A stretch of DNA of 64,000 nucleotides from Smithellaceae bacterium (GTDB lineage: Bacteria > Desulfobacterota > Syntrophia > Syntrophales > Smithellaceae). The DNA lies in NCBI GenBank assembly GCA_963667845.2, contig CAXXVL010000002.1:1472001-1536000 (forward strand), given 5' to 3'. A program made the translations under genes and the position numbers. The notes below the pieces were generated by a model that was not told where the DNA came from, did not search any database, and worked only from the letters and a program-made list of their open reading frames with translations. Below are positions 59,563 through 64,000 of the stretch, piece by piece; position 1 is the first letter of the stretch; the number at the start of each line of letters is the position of its first letter.

Positions 59563-59720
59563 CGTTATTCGAAAATAGAAGTGCGGAGACTGAGGAATCT
59601 TTAAAAGATAGGATAAAGATGTTTTTGACATGTGAGTAGCTCCAAAATGTGTATCACTGTGTGTACAACTTTGGAGCTACCCTTGTGTTTTCGTGAAAAG
59701 ATATAATGATTCCGAACGGA

Positions 59721-59796
59721 TGGTGGAGATGAGGGGGATCGAACCCCTGGCCTCGGCGTTGCGAACGCCGCGCTCTCCCAGCTGAGCCACATCCCC
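59721..59796 (-). tRNA. tRNA-Ala(CGC)
   Basis: 76-nt cloverleaf GGGGATG...CATCTCCACCA, anticodon arm CGGCG-TT-CGC-AA-CGCCG, G3:U70, encoded CCA. Confidence 0.97.
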
Positions 59797-59818
59797 AACC
59801 GTTCAAAAAAACGTTGCG

Positions 59819-59847
59819 AGCATATAGTTAGTTTGCCCCAGTGTCAA
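59819..59847 (-). promoter_or_regulatory. Candidate tRNA promoter
   Basis: TTGACA-17 nt-TATGCT. Confidence 0.55.
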
Positions 59848-59898
59848 GAACTACTTGGCAAACCGGCGATGCTGTGCAGGCGTCAACCCAAACTTGTC

Positions 59899-59928
59899 TT
59901 GACAAATCCAATCCATTTTCCCTATACT
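59899..59928 (+). promoter_or_regulatory. Candidate pilT promoter
   Basis: TTGACA-18 nt-TATACT. Confidence 0.55.
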
Positions 59929-60032
59929 TTAAAACATGCAAAAATCATCGACATTCTGACGCGCAGCCGCGATTTAATAATCTGGATGAGGCGACCGATA
60001 CATAAACAAACTTAAATTCACGGGAGAAATTC

Positions 60033-61115
60033 ATGGCAAAAATAGACGCTTTTTTTCAGTTGATGCACGATCAAAAAGCATCCGACCTTCACCTGGTATC
60101 GGGCCAGCAACCGGCTATTCGTATTCGCGGTGAGATTGAACGGGTTAAATATGATATTCTGAACAATGATGCACTGAAGCTTCTGCTCTATGAAATCACG
60201 CCGGAGCATAAGATTAAGAATTTTGAAGAAACGGGCGATGTGGATTTTGCCTACGAGATTCCGGGGCTTGCGCGCTACCGCGCCAACTTTTTTCAACAAA
60301 AATACGGGATCGCGGCCGTGTTTCGGGAGATTCCCAGCAAGATTGCCACGTGCGCGGAGTTAGGGATGCCGTCTGTCGTGTCCAAGCTGGCGATGCTGCC
60401 GAGGGGCCTTGTACTGGTAACGGGGCCTACCGGAAGCGGTAAATCCACGACGCTAGCCGCAATTATCGATGAGGCGAACCGCCTGCGCAAAGACCATATC
60501 ATCACGATTGAAGATCCGATCGAATTTGTCCACAAGAGCCAGAGTTGCATCGTCAATCATCGCGAAGTCGGGATTCACACGAAAACCTTTTCCAACGCAC
60601 TGCGCGGCGCATTACGTGAAGACCCGGACATCATTATGGTGGGCGAAATGCGTGACCTGGAAACGACGGCGCTTGCGGTCGAAGCGGCTTCTACCGGCCA
60701 CTTGGTGTTCGCCACCATTCATACGACCAGTGCGGTTAAAACCGTCGATCGCATTGTCGAGATATTTCCGGAATCGGAGCAGTTGCAAATCCGTTCAACG
60801 TTGGCCGACGGACTTAGGGCTGTCATCTCCCAGGTTATCTTCAAAAGAGTGGATATCAAGGCACGCTGTGTCGCCCTCGAAATTCTCATCGCTACACCGG
60901 CTGTTCGCAACCTGATCCGGGAACAAAAAACGTATCAGATTCCGTCCATGATTCAGACAGGTAGAAAATACGGCATGCAGCTTTTGGATGATGGTATTAT
61001 GGATCTCTACAACCGGGGCTGGATCAGCGGAGAAGACGCATATATAAAGGCGAATGATAAGGGCAGATTCCGTTCGCTTTTGAAACATCCACCGACAGAT
61101 TTTACCGAAGCCTAG
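60033..61115 (+). CDS. pilT: Type IV pilus retraction ATPase PilT
   Basis: GPTGSGKS, TIEDPIE, LREDPD, GEMRD, TGH, AVRNLIRE. Confidence 0.93.
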   Translation: MAKIDAFFQLMHDQKASDLHLVSGQQPAIRIRGEIERVKYDILNNDALKLLLYEITPEHKIKNFEETGDVDFAYEIPGLARYRANFFQQKYGIAAVFREIPSKIATCAELGMPSVVSKLAMLPRGLVLVTGPTGSGKSTTLAAIIDEANRLRKDHIITIEDPIEFVHKSQSCIVNHREVGIHTKTFSNALRGALREDPDIIMVGEMRDLETTALAVEAASTGHLVFATIHTTSAVKTVDRIVEIFPESEQLQIRSTLADGLRAVISQVIFKRVDIKARCVALEILIATPAVRNLIREQKTYQIPSMIQTGRKYGMQLLDDGIMDLYNRGWISGEDAYIKANDKGRFRSLLKHPPTDFTEA

Positions 61116-61127
61116 AGAGGATTTCTT

Positions 61128-62312
61128 ATGAGAAAACCGGAAATCGATCACATCCTGATCAAAATGCTGGAATCCAATGCCAACATTTCCGACGTGATCC
61201 TGACCGTCGATAAGCCGTTTCAAGTGGAGGCCGCCGGTATCCTGTTGCCGGTCGATTTCGAACCGCACTTCGAAAAGCTGACGCCGTTTCAGACGGAGGT
61301 ATTTGCTCTGAATCTGATTAATCAGGACCGCCGGCTGATGGATGCTCTCATTAACGAAGGATCTTGCGACTTATCTTACGAATTGCCCGGCATCGCCCGT
61401 TTCCGCGTGAATATTTTTTCGCAGCGTGGTCAATATTCTCTTGTTTTGAGAAAGCTCGAAACGCAGATCCCGTCGTTCGCCGAATTAGGTCTTCCGGAAG
61501 CCTACCGCCGTGTGGCTGTGGAGAAAAACGGCATTATTCTGGTCACGGGCGCAACCGGTTCCGGTAAGACAACGTCGCTTGCCGCTGTGATTAACGACAT
61601 TAACGAGAAAAGTCCGATACATATCATTACACTGGAAGATCCTATCGAATATACGCACACGCAGAAAAAGGCGACCGTCAATCAGCGGGAACTGGGCAAA
61701 GACTTCGATTCGTTTGCCAGCGGACTGCGCGCAGCCCTGCGTCAGGCGCCTAAAGTGATTCTCGTTGGCGAAATGCGCGATCGGGAATCTATTGAAATAG
61801 CGCTGAACGCCGCAGAAACGGGCCATCTTGTTTTGAGCACCCTGCATACGACCGACGCCGGTCAGACCATTAACCGAATTTTGGGCATGTTTGCGATTGA
61901 TGAGGAAAATCAGATTCGAACGAGGCTTGCCGATTCGCTGCGCTGGATTATTTGTCAGCGGCTGCTGCCCAAGGTCGGCGGCGCTCGGGTTGCCGCCTTC
62001 GAAGCTCTCGGGACGTCTATGAGAGTCAAGGACCTGATTCTTCACGGTGAAAAGGATGGCAATAGTTTTGAAGATATTATTCAGCAGGGCAGGGCCTTCG
62101 GCATGGTCACATTTGATAACTGCATCATCGAGCTCTATGAGAAAGGGCTCATTACCGAAGATACGGCAAAGGCTTATGCGTCTAATCGTTCGAATGTGGG
62201 ACGCGGTATCGATGCCATTAAAAATGCCCGCGGCGAAAAAACAACTGATCTGGGCAAACTTGAGGTCGATCGATCTTACGGAAATAAAGGTGGAGAAAAT
62301 GTCTGGAGTTAG
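61128..62312 (+). CDS. PilT/PilU-family ATPase paralog
   Basis: GATGSGKT, TLEDPIE, GEMRD, TGHLV; no AIRNLIRE motif. Confidence 0.9.
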   Translation: MRKPEIDHILIKMLESNANISDVILTVDKPFQVEAAGILLPVDFEPHFEKLTPFQTEVFALNLINQDRRLMDALINEGSCDLSYELPGIARFRVNIFSQRGQYSLVLRKLETQIPSFAELGLPEAYRRVAVEKNGIILVTGATGSGKTTSLAAVINDINEKSPIHIITLEDPIEYTHTQKKATVNQRELGKDFDSFASGLRAALRQAPKVILVGEMRDRESIEIALNAAETGHLVLSTLHTTDAGQTINRILGMFAIDEENQIRTRLADSLRWIICQRLLPKVGGARVAAFEALGTSMRVKDLILHGEKDGNSFEDIIQQGRAFGMVTFDNCIIELYEKGLITEDTAKAYASNRSNVGRGIDAIKNARGEKTTDLGKLEVDRSYGNKGGENVWS

Positions 62313-62353
62313 AGGCAAAGTCCTTTTCCCGACGGATAAGTAAGGAGATATCA

Positions 62354-62860
62354 ATGGCAGAAGAGAAACCCAGGCCGGGTGCTAAAACGGCGTCAGAAGG
62401 AATGGACTATTCAGGCAGACCTTTCGGGCATATCATGCCGGATGCGGACACAGCAATGATCTGCGAACAGGATCCCATCATTCGGGATAAGATCGTATCG
62501 GAACTCAAGAAAATGGGGTTTCTGACGGCTCAGCCGGCTTCGTACAAAGAAGCCCTGAAGCACATGCGTTTTCATCTTTTCAATGTTATTTTCGTCGATG
62601 AGGATTTTGATACGGGCGTCTGGGATACCAATAACGTCTTACGCTACCTGGAAAACCTGAATATGGCCGTCCGCAGAAAAATTTTTGTCGCCCTGGTCAG
62701 CTCCACTCTGACGACGATGGACAACCTGGAAAGTTATAACAAGAGTGTTAATCTTTTGATCAACAAGCGTGATGTCGGCTCGGTAGAAAAAATATTGCGC
62801 CAGGCGATGGCGGAACACGAAGATTTCTATCACATTTTTAAGGAAAAGATTCAAAAGTAA
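62354..62860 (+). CDS. Hypothetical protein (possible receiver-like fold)
   Basis: AAGGAG RBS; 168-aa ORF co-oriented with the pilT pair. Confidence 0.7.
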   Translation: MAEEKPRPGAKTASEGMDYSGRPFGHIMPDADTAMICEQDPIIRDKIVSELKKMGFLTAQPASYKEALKHMRFHLFNVIFVDEDFDTGVWDTNNVLRYLENLNMAVRRKIFVALVSSTLTTMDNLESYNKSVNLLINKRDVGSVEKILRQAMAEHEDFYHIFKEKIQK

Positions 62861-62959
62861 CGTCGCAACAAATGGGTAAGAGACGGTTTGCCGGTGTGCG
62901 ACCAGGGTGATGTCCAAGATGGCGCAAGGTCATACGTGCAAATATCAACTCTTATTGGC

Positions 62960-63874
62960 TTAACCCCGAGAGGGCGTCTGACCCGAGGCTATGTAAGCTG
63001 CTTCCAGATGGCTGCGGCAGGGTGTCGATTCATCGTAGGCAAGAGCGGTTTCAAACGCTTTGGCCGCATCGGTAAACAATGCCGCTTTCATCAGGCAATT
63101 GCCCAGCCGGTTGAAATAGGCCGCCGCAAAAGAACGATTATATCGGCATGCCTTTTCGTATTCTGCGAAAGCACTATCCGGCTCTTTTAGAGCGACCAGC
63201 ATGTCTCCCAGAAAACAATAATACAGGCTGTTTTGCGGAGCAAGTGTCAGGCACTCCTCAATCAGTCTTTTGGCAGTCGTGAGATGGCCTCCCCTGAGGC
63301 ATAAACCGGCGGCTTGAAAGAGATAGCGATCCGTTTCCTCGGGATCAATGAGACCCGCCTGCCGGTATGCTTCTTCGCCGGCTTCAATTTTTTGCGCAGT
63401 CAGCAGAGCTTCGCCCAACCGGCAGTAATATGCGGGATTGTCTGCTTCCATCACAGTCAGCTGACTGAAGATGCCGCAGGCCTTTTCGTTGTTGCCTGCC
63501 AGAAGATAGGCGTTGCCCAGTTCTTCGAGTAACCCGATGTCCTGCGGCTGGACGCTGACGGCTTTTTCGCAAAGCCGGACGAGTTTTCCAATTGCGCCCT
63601 CCTGCCTGTAGATCCGCACCAGTTCATCATAGGCGAAACCGGTAAAGACTTTACGTTGAAGCTCACGATCCAGCAGGATTTCCCAGTAGTGGACGGAACG
63701 CTCTTTGTCGCCGCTATCCCAGAAGGCCCAAGCCAGACGAAGCAGCACCGATTCATCCTCGGGATGAACCCCATGGATCTCTTCCAGGCCGGCAATGGCC
63801 TCAATATATTTCCCCTGCTTTAGGAGGCGGTCGGCCAAGTCAAGCTTCCCTGTCATGTCGCTGGTTTCAATCAT
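62960..63874 (-). CDS. Tetratricopeptide repeat protein
   Basis: Repeated LG..Y...G....A TPR-like helices; start at 63874 or 63856. Confidence 0.85.
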   Translation of the reverse strand: MIETSDMTGKLDLADRLLKQGKYIEAIAGLEEIHGVHPEDESVLLRLAWAFWDSGDKERSVHYWEILLDRELQRKVFTGFAYDELVRIYRQEGAIGKLVRLCEKAVSVQPQDIGLLEELGNAYLLAGNNEKACGIFSQLTVMEADNPAYYCRLGEALLTAQKIEAGEEAYRQAGLIDPEETDRYLFQAAGLCLRGGHLTTAKRLIEECLTLAPQNSLYYCFLGDMLVALKEPDSAFAEYEKACRYNRSFAAAYFNRLGNCLMKAALFTDAAKAFETALAYDESTPCRSHLEAAYIASGQTPSRG

Positions 63875-63878
63875 AGGC

Positions 63879-63906
63879 AAAAAAAAGGGGGAGAAGATTC
63901 TCCCCC
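63879..63906 (-). terminator. Intrinsic terminator after the HesB-like gene
   Basis: GGGGGAGAA-tc-TTCTCCCCC followed by T8 on the minus strand. Confidence 0.75.
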
Positions 63907-63914
63907 GATGGGTT

Positions 63915-64000
63915 TCAGCAACTGCAGGAACCGCAACCGCCGCCTTCCTGAGAGAGATTGGATGTTAACTTAAAACCCGCTCCCTGAGGGGTGGTGATAA
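63915..64000 (-). CDS. 3' end of a probable IscA/HesB-like protein (partial)
   Basis: ...ITTPQGAGFKLTSNLSQEGGGCGSCSC*; Cys-rich tail as in deltaproteobacterial HesB-like proteins. Confidence 0.55.
   Translation of the reverse strand, partial: ITTPQGAGFKLTSNLSQEGGGCGSCSC

Overview
Bacterial chromosome segment. The gene repertoire (acyl-CoA ligases and dehydrogenases, multi-PAS kinases, pilT pair, HesB-like tail) suggests Desulfobacterota, possibly Syntrophales (inference). The main feature is a ~28-kb fatty-acid/type II PKS-like biosynthetic cluster (3556-31384). It encodes two ketosynthase/chain-length-factor-like pairs, one ACP, an MIO ammonia-lyase with an FH motif, acyl-CoA ligases, an acyl-CoA dehydrogenase, two cobalamin-binding radical SAM enzymes, a thioesterase, a DAK2-DegV fusion, a GT2, an LpxL-type acyltransferase, an MMPL-methyltransferase fusion, a BtrH-like protein and an ABC exporter. 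It resembles aryl-polyene/flexirubin loci but has no ketoreductase or dehydratase. A ~103-bp multi-hairpin repeat occurs four times, three of them directly upstream of cluster genes, with features of a non-autonomous IS200/IS605-type element. The rest holds rho-rpmE-prfA, a DEAD-box helicase, a patatin, two-component systems, a deoxyhypusine-synthase-like gene, an XRE-linked acyl-CoA block with candidate operators, a MITE, a decayed AT-richer islet next to tRNA-Ala(CGC) (integrase relic, SBP plus kinase, frameshifted IS3), two pilT paralogs and a TPR protein. No CRISPR array or rRNA was seen.
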